NCBI GenBank assembly: GCA_002633005.1 | Contig: NMRA01000355.1 | Coordinates: forward strand, 204,532-268,531 | Origin: Phoronis australis | Taxonomy: Eukaryota > Animalia > Phoronida | Length of the DNA stretch: 64,000 nt | Direction: 5' to 3' | In this document: positions 52,970-64,000 of the stretch, one piece after another | Layout of the letters: each line of letters opens with the position of its first letter | Numbering within the stretch: position 1 is the first letter of the stretch | The notes under the pieces: generated by a model | Databases searched by the model: none | Told to the model about the DNA's origin: nothing | What the model saw: the letters and a program-made list of their open reading frames with translations, nothing else | Made by a program: the position numbers and the translations under genes

Positions 52970-53131
52970 CAGGGGCGAATCCAGGATTTTGTGGGGGCAG
53001 GGCAAAGTATTAGCCAGGATTTTGCCTTCAGACATTCTCACCCCCGAGCTGCCAAATGGAATCTGGGGTAATTTTAGGCAGTCCATTGCGCCCTTGCCCC
53101 CCCCCCCTCCCGCCCTCTAAATCCGCCACTG
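52970..53131 (-). mobile_element. hAT-like MITE, inverted copy of 31244-31412
   Basis: CAGGGGCGAAT ... ATCCGCCACTG termini. Body matches 31244-31412. A further terminus fragment lies at ~56130-56155. Confidence 0.7.
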
Positions 53132-56100
53132 AATTTTGTTTGGTTGTATGAGACCGATTTCCTGAACATCAATAGAGGCCTCTACTCAACTCTGATGGCA
53201 GCAGACCTCTGGTACATGTAAGTTGCAAACAAAACTTAACAATAACCTTTTCTCGGACAACGGATTTGTAAATTTCATTAAAATAAGGTATTGCTTTTTA
53301 AATCTGCTTTCAAACAGTGAAATAGGAAGTGATTCTTTTCATTTCTTCACACTTCGACAGATGCTACTCCAGTATGAACGCGCATAGCATATTCTTTTCA
53401 TTAAAACAAAACTTTCCGTTATTTAGGTCCAAAATCCTAAACTCAGCCTTGATATCAGTCCCATGTCCTAAGTGTTGCTATTGGTTACAGTTTCAGAGCT
53501 CTTAGATTCTTCTAATGTGAGTCAAAAAGTTTCGTCCATCAGACGATACAACAGAAATGATTTAGTGTCGGAATATCCACGATTTTATACAGACCATTTC
53601 CCACACATAAGATTGTTTCCGTCCTTCTTAAGTGGCGATTTGAATTATCGATTGAAGAGACTGAGACTTGGAGATACCTTAGCGTAACAAACGTTGACTA
53701 TTCCGCTTAATGTCTAAAGAGGGAAAAGTGGATAGCAAAAGTACGTGGATTCTTCATCTTTTGAGCACACAGCATGGCGGACAAGTGAAACTTCATTTCA
53801 CGAATTTCTCAACAAGAATAACTATTAAGCAGAATTTAGTTGTTTTTCTTAGATTTTTGTGGTGTATAGATGTCATGAAACAACATTTGGTTAAGTTTCC
53901 TTTGTTTTCAGCAAGATAGTGATCCTTTAAAATTGTTGAAAATGAAAAGGGTTAAACTTAAGGCTTTCCTTGCGTAAAATCTCTTTCAAAATTGAATTTC
54001 TGGGGTAGAATATAATCAAGACAAGATTACATGCACCAATGCACCATTGCACGTCCACAAATTGAGACTTTTGGCTTCTATTATATAAATGTGTGCCGTT
54101 ATAAAGCTCCAATTCCCACACCACACGTACACGTGAAACTGAAAGTGTTACGTTGTCTATTTCATGCAGTGAATTATACAAAAGCAAAACATAAGTGTCC
54201 CAGTGCAATAGTAATACTAATTTGAAAGCCCAAGACATGAACATGCAATTTGCTTTAAATGTAAGACGACTGCGTTTTTTATTTCTTTATTTTGACAAGG
54301 CCGCTAAAGTGGGCCACTTTCACTAATGTTAACGGGAACCAGTCCAATTTTAACCCCAATGAGATAATGATATTGTTGACGATCAAACAATTAAAATTAT
54401 CGTCTAATAACGTCAAGAACTCAAGGCCATCCATCTAAAATGTATTCTTCCGTTGTAAAACCGAGAACTTCTACTAATTAAAAGTACATAGTAGGCAGAA
54501 AGCTTATAACCATAAATGCCAGTTTCTGGCTTAATTTTCATAAGTTACTTTATGCTGTAACGTGCTAACATGTACGTGGCCAGCATTTAAACAGTAATTA
54601 TGAATTGGGTTAGGTTGCATAAACGTTATACGCAGGATAGCAACTGTGACGTCACATTACCATGCGTAACGTGGCGACTGCCAAGTGTTACGTTGCGACT
54701 GTTGAACGCTACTCTTGCCGTCATGAAACAACCACGCTTGTCCATTGGTTTTTAAGTTTTGTGCAACTCATCGCTGTAGTTTCTATGGGGTCTTAGTTAC
54801 ATATACGCTACACATGTGACTACAACTGTGAAAACACCGCAACATGTACAAAAAAAGCATTAAACTCGCCCCCAACAAAAAAATCGTTTGGTTTAGACGC
54901 CTTGTTGTACTTATAAAATTTGTCTCAATATTTCAGATTTGAAGTACTAGCTACGGCTTCAAATTAAACTCAAAACTTTGCCAAATACGGCCTTATTGGA
55001 AAAGGCGGGAGGGGAGAACATACAGACGGGGTAACATTAGCCATGGAAAACAACGATAGTCGACCTGGGAACAATTGCGCATGAGAACATCAGGTGGGGG
55101 CGTTGGGTGAGGAGAGTGTTGGTATCGAGAAATACTTCTGTGGAGGAGAAGGGAAGTGTAACAGAAATATGTCGGAATAAAACAACAAAGAACTTTGTTT
55201 TTAAAACCTTTAAATTCGATGTTCAAAAAGGATTAATCCTACCCGTTTACAAACGTTCCCGGATGGAACATACTTCGCGAGTTGACGAAAATGTTACACT
55301 GTATGGAAAGGATTGAAACGTGATTGATGATAATGACGACATTGCGTGTACTTATTTTTATTACGGTAAAAAGTCAGAGTAATAAGTGTGTCATCACGTC
55401 AATTTAGTAATGATTATTGATTTAGCATCATAAAGTTTGATCCAAATTTAGGTCACAAAAATCACCGTTGAGGAAAACAACTACAAGCAACATCCGTGCA
55501 TTCTCAACTTCGGAGCTTGTGATTGGTTGAAGAGGCAACATACAGCACACACCTTTTTTAAATAATATTATGTATCAGCAGTCGATAAAGGCATGCTTTT
55601 CATACCAAATGTGCAGCTTCAAACGCGCTGACATTTCGCATATCTACTGTGTTAAAGATATGTATACGCTGCACCACCACAATTTAACTCCTAATTTGAT
55701 TCTAATAGACCTACTTGTTTATAGTCCACAGCGTTTGCGCGCGAAACCTCCTTCTTTTTGTAATGCTTATTACATGTTTTATATTTTTGCAATCAGATCG
55801 TAACAAATTTGTTGTACTTGAAATAGTCTGCAATTGCCCAAAAGACCAAATCCGTTTTTTGTATTGGCAATAATGACGCGATTGCTTTGGAAATCGTCTT
55901 AAGTTAAGGAATGTCGCGGGAGAGCCTATACTTAGCCATAATTCCGTTACTATTGCGCCGTGTTCCGAATTTGACACTTGAAATTGGATCTGAGCACACA
56001 CCCCCCCCCCCACAAACACTAAAACTGCACACATTTAAATCTTGTTTCAGCCATATAATTTTAATTACAGGGGTTAATTAATAAACTCAACATTTCCCGA

Positions 56101-59100
56101 CGCAGTTGCTGTTTTACTTTTTGCGGCAGCCCCCCCCCCCCTAAATCCGCCTATGGTTTGTAAACTAGTACTTCATTTGCTTATTCACAACTTCATGTGA
56201 CATAGCATATGTAAGTCCCAACGTCACCGGCACGTTCAAACTCGGACGTTGCTGTTTTTTGATGCACATTGCCAAACGTTTCATTGCAAACTTAATTAAA
56301 CTCTAGCTCGTGAAGGCGACATCCCGTTGCTCCCAACTTGTTCAATTCTGTTGTTGGGAAGTTTACCCTCGTAGCCAATATCTTACACGACTGATTAACT
56401 CCATTCTGGCATTTATGGTTGGAGGGCCTGCGCTCTTTTGTTCGATAATTGCTCTAATCTCCGATCAGATCGTATCTAGCCTGACTGGGCTGGGCTGATA
56501 AAAATGAAAGTTAAGTTATAACATATTTTAGCTTAAACCAATAGCATTTCTGAATTTCTCGTCAAATGCTGAACATGTTCCGTTTTTGAATCACCAAAAT
56601 CGCCCCATACAACAGAAGTTAAGACAATCTATTCTGTCCAAACGGATTACCACCATACGTTTCCATTGAAGCCTGGGAGATAATTGGCCTGCTTGTTATC
56701 ATACGGGACAAAAGACTGAGCTGGGCAGTTAACAAAAGAGCCAGATGTTATCGCACGTTCAGCACCCCTAACGTCTGGAAAAGTTACAGAAGGCTGTAAT
56801 GTTGCCAGTGTGAACAGCGCTTAACAAGAGTAAGATTTGCTTTCGTTGCATTACCGGATAGATACACGTGCCTTTTAAACGTAAACTGAAGCTCATAGAA
56901 CGTGTCATCTCAATATGCTAATATCGGACGCTGAAATCAGACAGAAACTGATGTATGATGAAGACAATCCCAGTACGCGAGTCAAGTTGATGAATACGTG
57001 CCACTCCTAGGCTGACACAGACCGTTATTACAGATTGTTTACGTAACTCTAGAAGGGGAGTCGGATTCAAGAAATTCACATGCTACACTGTCGAGTGAAC
57101 TTGATTCTGTTGTTTGTTATGAACGATGCTTTTTTGCTAACTTTTTGTCAAAAAGACATGCTAGATTAGAATAAAGTTGAATAAAATATCAAATCCTAAA
57201 GGCTTCCTTCTTTGAAAATACAGCTATTTTACTATGTTAAGTTTAATTTTGTAGATATTTGACTAAATGTGCGGACTTGTTATTATGGTCCTACACACCT
57301 TAAACTATAACAAAGTGAGATGGCGTGTACAGCCGTGTCTTGCACTTCTTAGAGTTAAAAATAATTGACCAATTATCACATGATTTATAGTGAGCAACTT
57401 TACATTAATTTTGTAACCTGCATGTTGTCTGTCAAAATTTCTGCACTTCTGTCACAGCAAGGTATTTAATTGGAAACGCAAAACTACAGCTGCTGCGTTT
57501 TATTAATTCCCAAAGCAGCTTTTAAGATAAAATTGTGTTTGTTTCCATGGTTACGATGAAAAAGTACAACACAAAGAACGTTATCAATACAAGATTTTGG
57601 ATTTCACGATGAGCGAGTCTGTTACTGATTACGTGGGCGTAACTTAAGACTGTATAGGGGGTGTAACCCCCGCCCCCGCTTCTCCCCGCTGCAGATTTAG
57701 TAAAGGCAATTAGAGGGAATAGTTCCAAATTTTCTTAACTCAGTAAAAAGGTATCAGGTCAGCTTTTTAGTTTGTCACAAATTTTATTTCTGTTGTGAGC
57801 TTAACAAGTAGAAGAAGTTAATGTCCTAGATGCCGTTGCAAAATAGTCCTCCCCCCCTTGTCCTGTTTGCAAAATGCTTAATTTGTCCAAATATTTTGCT
57901 GGCAAAAGAACAAAGCGGTTACTAAATGATTTGTTTAAAATATAAATGATTTTCACGAAATATATCGTCAGTAAATAATTAAGGTTCTCAGTATGATTAC
58001 AAATATGTATCACGTCCGTTATGAATTGTTAAATACTAATCAACGTTGTTCAACTCGAAAAATAAAACAGTCACCTGACATTATGACGTAAGTTCAGGAA
58101 CCATAGCCCTTATCTTTTATACGATGAACAGGAAGTTCCAGGTCTTCAAAAAATTGACGTTTCAAACGCCTATGCATTTACTAAGGTGCAACATTTTGAA
58201 TTAGGTATCGTTTTGACGTTGAAAAAACAGCGCACTGTAAAAACGTCTGGTTGATCACTTGTGAAGTTGACTAAATAAGAGATAATATCATGATGCTGAG
58301 AACGATTTTGAGCCAATCTGTAACGTAGGTGGAGAAACTGGCGATAAAATTGATATAACGGAATGTTACGTTTGTTCAGACATACGATTTTTATTTGGCC
58401 CGTATATAAATCAAAGTTGGCTGCACTGTCTGTACTGCCTTATCTTGGCTTGAGGAAGGACCTACAGAAATGTTGAATAAATTGTGTTTGACACCCCCAC
58501 CCCCTTAAGCGATTTTTAGACACCATTCCATGGCACGGTAAAGTGAGGAAGCCACGAACATACATTGTACACAGTAGAAGTGACAGGTTCTATCATAGCG
58601 ATAGCCTTGGTACGAAACTGTATATCAAATATACAGCTTTGCGACGATGTGGATAAAAAACTGACTTAGTAAAATCCGACACAAAATTAGTGTCGTTACA
58701 AAGTACACTGTTCCATAAGTTAACAAATTTATTTACTGGTGTTGGCAAAGACTGGCGTTCTACCGTAATTATTCTGTTGCTAAAATTGATCTCTTGTGTC
58801 GGCTTTCGGCGCCAGGAAATATTGCGTCAACTATTGGCCAGTACAGTATTTTCTCGCCGTTTCTTCATTCAGCTGCTCTTCCACGAGATTGCTTACATGT
58901 CACAACAAATTACACAAACTGGTTTCATTTCGTTATAAGTTTTTAGTCTTTTAATACCACCAAACCGAATTTCAGAACAAACTTTGCACCTGCGAAGCTG
59001 CCATCATCTCCCTAGAGATGTCGCAAAGAATTAAAGAAATGGCGCGTGCGCGTGTCTCGAGCATAATATTATTTTTTTTCAAAAGGACGACACACTTCTT

Positions 59101-59399
59101 TTGTTACAAAAGGCGGAGAATGACGCAAGAACTGACGTTTATTAAAGTGTTGTTCACATAAACGGCTGAAACGGCAAACTGAGTGTCGGTTGACTCTCAG
59201 ATTTTGCATGCACCTACGCTGGTCTAAATGTTGATACAAGTTTGATGAGTATCGTTCTAAACCTCCTAGACTCCCTCGACCCACCACCCCTTCGATCCAC
59301 AACTCCCACGACCCACGACCCCCTCGACCCACAACCTGTGGCAATAGAGGTATTTTTGCGCTTTTTACATATTTCACAATCTTATTAAGTCGCTGAGTG

Positions 59400-60072
59400 A
59401 CTTTCCTTGAAGACTAAACTGCCCTCACTTAATTGCCACAAGGCAACGGACGCCAAGTTCTAACAGTCAAGAGCCTGTTGAAAAAGGCCAACAGTCACAA
59501 ACGGATCCTCACTTTACCCTGTTGTTTTGGCGCTCGAGTCCAGTCTTTACTACGATACCAAGTCCGGCAGAACGTCTTATGGGTCGCAAGCTCGACACAA
59601 CGCTGTTTTCCAAACAACATACAAATGTACACAACAGCAACCGACGACTTTTGAAAACCTGACTAAGTTCGAGAAGAGCTGCGCCGACGCCAATACAAGC
59701 AAAAGTTCTACTTTGATCTGTGTGCCCTTACAAGCGACCCTACCGCCTCCTCACGTCAGACAACAGGTTACAGTCCAGCATCCTGGGTATTTACACCCAG
59801 CAACTACATGTATAGGCCTATCGTCGACAACATCAGATCCACGCTAATACATACTACAAAATGTACATATAGATAGACGTACTTTCAGGGGTAACCGACA
59901 ACACTCGTCCAATTCCACCTGCTACATCTCCAGGTCTTGACCTGATGAAGACAAAACGTCCAACAAACAGCCCTACCTACATGTCTGCCTAGCCAGCACC
60001 CATCCACGTGCGACTCCATCGTATAAGACCCGATAAGTTAGAAAGGTCAACAAGCCGGCAAGATACATTTAA
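59400..60072 (+). pseudogene. Decayed Ty3/Gypsy-type integrase C-terminal half (LTR retrotransposon pol relic)
   Basis: Across frameshifts and stops: PQGNG..TVKSLLKKA / DPHFTLLFWRSSP..SPAERLMGRKLDTTL / LPP..VRQQVTVQHP / PR*YIL..RTFRGNRQH / YKTR*VRKVNKPARYI*. These match, in order, the typical integrase motifs PQSNG, DPYLALL, SPAELLMGR, PRSY..RRNR.H and TRSGR...P.RY. Confidence 0.8.
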
Positions 60073-60571
60073 CCAATTCTCTTCGAATTTTGTATTACTT
60101 GATAAATTTTCTTTTGTTTGTTGCTTTTGGTAAAAGGGGGATGTTACCGTACTAAGAAGCCCTCCTACTGTATTGTGGTAACATCTGAACTTCCGGTGTA
60201 TGAATNACGCTAATACATACTACAAAATGTACATGTAGATAGACGTACTTTCAGGGGTAACCGACAACACTCGTCCAATTCCACCTGCTACATCTCCAGG
60301 TCTTGGCCTGATGAAGACAAAACGTCCAACAAACAGCCCTACCTAAATGTCTGCCTAGCCAGCACCCCTCCACCTGCGACTCCATCGTATAAGACCCGAT
60401 AAGTTAGAAAGGTCAACAAGCCGGCAAGATACATTTAACCAATTCTCTTCGAATTTTGTATTACTTGATAAATTTTCTTTTGTTTGTTGCTTTTGGTAAA
60501 AGGGGGATGTTACCGTACTAAGAAGCCCTCCTACTGTATTCTGGTAACATCTGAACTTCCGGTGTATGAAT
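59841..60571. repeat. 365-bp tandem duplication separated by a single N (probable assembly or haplotype overlap)
   Basis: 59841-60205 and 60207-60571 differ by 6 substitutions and no indels. N at 60206. Confidence 0.9.
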
Positions 60572-61231
60572 GCACGTTTTTCCTTATCTGCTTAATTAAT
60601 GAGTGATACGCAGGTCATCACAATTGTCAGAAAACCGTAGTCTGGAACATCCTAGGGCCTTGACCAACATGCTAGAAAATTTTTTCCGTAGATTCCGGAA
60701 AGTTCAAGAATGTCAGAATTGGTGAAAAGTTCCGGAGCATTGTCAGATTTCTTAGGCACGAGTTAGTAAGTGTTACCAAGTTAAAAAGTTACAGCCGGCT
60801 CCAGAGACAGAAAGTTATTGAATCCCAACTGACGTCATCACAAGTCGAGGCCTCGCACCAATTAGCTGCAGCATAGGTACCTGTATTACGTCACAAGTTT
60901 TGTTTGAGCGTACCTGAGTGCGTACGATAGAGATTAACAAAGTGAATATCCAATTTTCAGTCTACCTTCGCACCGAAAACTATTAATTCCAGTCATGTGG
61001 CGACCTGCGCCCATCCAAACGTGACAACCACTGTTCGTATTTATTTTTTGAAACCCTCACATGTTTTGTTGCATGCACAGGCCACATTTTTAAGATGGTA
61101 TTTTCTGTGATTTATTTTAGAGTTATACGTAACCTTAATTGGTGAAGTGGTAATAAAGCAAGAAGAAAGCAGAGGATGTTGTTTTGCGGCTCAGTTTATA
61201 GCTAAATCTTCAAGAAGACTGACTCTGAACA
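60498..61231 (+). mobile_element. Polypurine tract + start of 3' LTR (right end uncertain)
   Basis: AAAAGGGGGA is immediately followed by TGTTACC at 60508 (also at 60132-60148 in the duplicated copy), ~60 bp after the integrase stop. The end could be GGTAACA at 60549, or ..AACA at 61231 after AATAAA at 61152. Confidence 0.6.
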
Positions 61232-63435
61232 GATCCCGTGCTCCAACGTGTACTGCCATACCCGTGTCCGACGCACGAATCTGTGCCATTTCTAGGCGAT
61301 CTTAGGGTCTTTTGGAAACGCAAAAACTGAAATATTATTTGTCTGATTGCTATTACTGAATCCTCCGCACAAGCAACTTTTCATAATACTCTGTCGAACT
61401 CGGTTATCGAGACCACTTATTAACGTCTCGCGGGTGGCCTAGAACAACACATTTGCGGAGACCGGATCCACAGATGACGTCACAGAAAACTTTTTTTTAA
61501 TTTTCGCGTTTATTTCTTGATTAAAAGTACACAAATTGAAGAAGAAATTCTTAAAATATCATACCAAAAATGTTGGTAATCGAATTCAAGCATTTATGAC
61601 CATGGTGTGAATGAAGGATTAAAACCCTTTCCCAAGACTTTTGTCTACCTGTCAATTTGTTCTGCTGCAATACGCACTATGCTGTCTGTGCGTATAAAGA
61701 GAGGGTCGAAAATATAATCGCTGTAGAAAAAATGCGGCAACACAGTTTGTCTGCAGTCGTAATAGATCTGTCAAACTACAAGCTTAAACTGCGTCACTGG
61801 GATATCAATCAGACCTTGTCAAGTTGTATTTGCGATCATTTTAAAGCTGACAAATTAAGAAAGTCACCCGCGCAGTTCGTTCAGGCTTACAGCTGTCACT
61901 AGTTTAAAAAGCTGCAAGAGTAAATGACGGATGACACCTAACGGCCATTTATCAACAACGTAGTTGCAAGAGCGTTAACACCTAATCAACTTTTTCTGCT
62001 AGGCCATCATATGTGGTTCTGGTCTGGGTTCTTTTGAAAATTGACTCGGTGATGCGGTATTTTTACTTGGCGAAAGAAATTTTGCAAAGTTTGTTGCTCT
62101 GGCGTCAATTTTTTTTGTTCGCTCTTTACAGGTCATAATTTTCGTTCGATCCACAAGAAATTTGCACACAACTTGTAGCTTCGGAAATGTTGGAACCTGT
62201 TGTTTTTGGTCATGATCCGTTCCAAGATTGCGGACATGGCGGCCATTTTGTTTGCGGTTTCAGGTTCAGATACTCATAGAGGCCACATTTTTGACGTACA
62301 TTGGTACTAATATAGAAACAGACAAGAACTATCAATACGCACAAAATCATGAACTTCCAGTCAAAGATGGGGGAAATATCAGAAACTGCGCATGCGCACC
62401 TCGATTTCGGGCTAAAAACGTTTTGTCCTGTACAGGGCGCATAATAAGACCAATTGCTTCGAAAATTTTCACGTTTAAGTTTCTTACGACATGTTATTAT
62501 CCAATGCTGCGGAACCGGAACTCGCTTGCAAGATGGCGGATTTGGCGCATTTTGACCCATTTTCAGTCGTGCTGGGGTGCATTTTAAACATGAAGACAAA
62601 TGACGTGAATTTTTGTATGTGGATTCTCTGGGGTATATGCTTTCAAATAATTCGTGACAGTTTTTTTAGAATTACCATTTTTTGAGTTATTTGACTTTTA
62701 ATTTAAAAAATGCAAAATTTTACGAATTTTGCGAAACTATCCATTTGGATAGAATTTTGAACGGGCTTTCAAATGATATCTTCCAGTTTTCGCTGCAACG
62801 TCTATGTTTTGAATTATTCGAGATTTTCCGTTAACGCTATTCCTTTGTTGACCGATTTTGCTGCAAATGACTGTTGTTGCAATGTTAATTTGTTACGTCA
62901 TTGACAGCGCAGCGCTGATTGTCAACATCGAGCACTTGTTGACATGACTATATAACTACAATGTGCAAGACATTTGCTGTCGTTATCGAAGTGGTATTTT
63001 GAGATGTGCATTCGAACTATTCATTAGCTGTTTATTGTATGCGCTCGTGCAATTGTAAAAACGTCCACTTTTGCACAAGGAGCTATAAGAAATAGTACTT
63101 TGCGTTTTGCTTTTGTTGAATAAAAACAAAAGCTGTATAAAACTAAAACAAAATATAATTCAGAAAGCCAGCAGTGTTTCTGAGATTTCAATTGACTTGA
63201 AATGAAATTGTGTTATCGATACCGTTGCTTTGCTATGAGTGCGCCATAACATGCTCACGTGACTCAATTACATTTGTTCACCAAGTTATATTCTGTGGAG
63301 TGATGATGGGTAGGACCGATGTTTATTTGTTTAAAAACACTTATCGCGTTGATTCCATGTGCCAGTCTTCCAAGGTATGTCCAGGTATATAATGGTTACT
63401 TTTTTATTGTCTATTGCTTACTTGTATCACAAAGT

Positions 63436-63557
63436 ATTGCATTGCATTGCATTGCATAAAGTTGCATTGTATTGCATTAACTACATTGCACAAAATCGCA
63501 TTGCTTTGGATTGCATTGCATTGCATAAAGTTATTCCTATGCATTCCACTGCATTGT
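63436..63557. repeat. Degenerate (ATTGC)n pentanucleotide microsatellite
   Basis: Direct reading: repeated ATTGC units with interruptions. Confidence 0.9.
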
Positions 63558-64000
63558 ACACGTTTCGTGTGCAAATAGGAACACATACTCGCCTTATTAT
63601 TTTTTTAAATGTAAAGGGATAGACCTCCACCCAAAACCTGAACCAAAATACTAATTTTACATGATGATGTTGTGTGGCCATCTCAGAAAAGGGTTTTCTT
63701 CATCAACATCCGGTCGCTGTCTTTTTGCGGATAAAATGAGTAAGTCTGCTCAAGATGGTGGAGAGTCGATTATCGTTGTACATAATAACCTCGCGTCAGG
63801 AAATTTCAAAGCGACCTCGCAACGAAAAACCTGATAAAGTTGCTTCCTCAATTTCACACAAATCTTTGACTAGAAACCTTCGTTAGGAATCCGCGATTTC
63901 TAATAAAATCACAAGAACGCCACAGATTTTGATGTTTTATACATGTAGCTATGGCAACACTAATTAAATGAATTCATGGAGTCCATTGTACCTAAAAGTA

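Noticed and set aside
56758-56778. REST/NRSE site (TTCAGCACC) upstream of a neural gene
   Set aside because: Only the left half matches; the GGACAG half is missing.
59841-60571. 365-bp direct repeats as paired LTRs or a real duplication
   Set aside because: They include integrase-coding sequence and the PPT, lack TG..CA ends and abut a single N, which is the signature of an assembly overlap.
62210-62599. Overlapping 129-aa and 119-aa ORFs on opposite strands
   Set aside because: No recognisable domain. The region looks like the interior of a non-autonomous DNA element (ATGGCGG motifs, CTTTCAAAT repeats).
63359-63681. ORFs with repetitive HCIAL / MQCNA peptides
   Set aside because: Translations of the (ATTGC)n microsatellite.

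Overview
This window is eukaryotic (animal, non-vertebrate-looking) genomic DNA, not prokaryotic. Its only recognisable protein-coding gene is a multi-exon Trk-family neurotrophin receptor tyrosine kinase (NTRK-like) on the minus strand. I reconstructed 14 coding exons by hand, from the ATG at 23070 to the GT donor below 504. All introns are GT-AG and all phases are compatible, giving 2286 nt = 762 codons. The domains are: signal peptide, Cys cluster, 3 LRRs, Cys cluster, two Ig domains, TM helix, NPxY motif and most of the kinase. The last exon(s) lie beyond position 1. Five exons (15210-15284, 13449-13520, 11983-12054, 9884-10019, 5097-5229) and the stalk exon are absent from the ORF track. 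The introns and the ~40 kb upstream stretch contain many short TIR elements (MITEs), tRNA-derived SINE-like heads, microsatellites and a decayed Gypsy-type LTR retrotransposon 3' end. A 365-bp duplication around a single N is most likely an assembly artefact. I found no evidence of a genuinely new biological system. The most interesting points are Trk gene-architecture features: a complete vertebrate-type ectodomain, tandem in-frame acceptors in the stalk exon, and intron differences from vertebrate NTRK genes.
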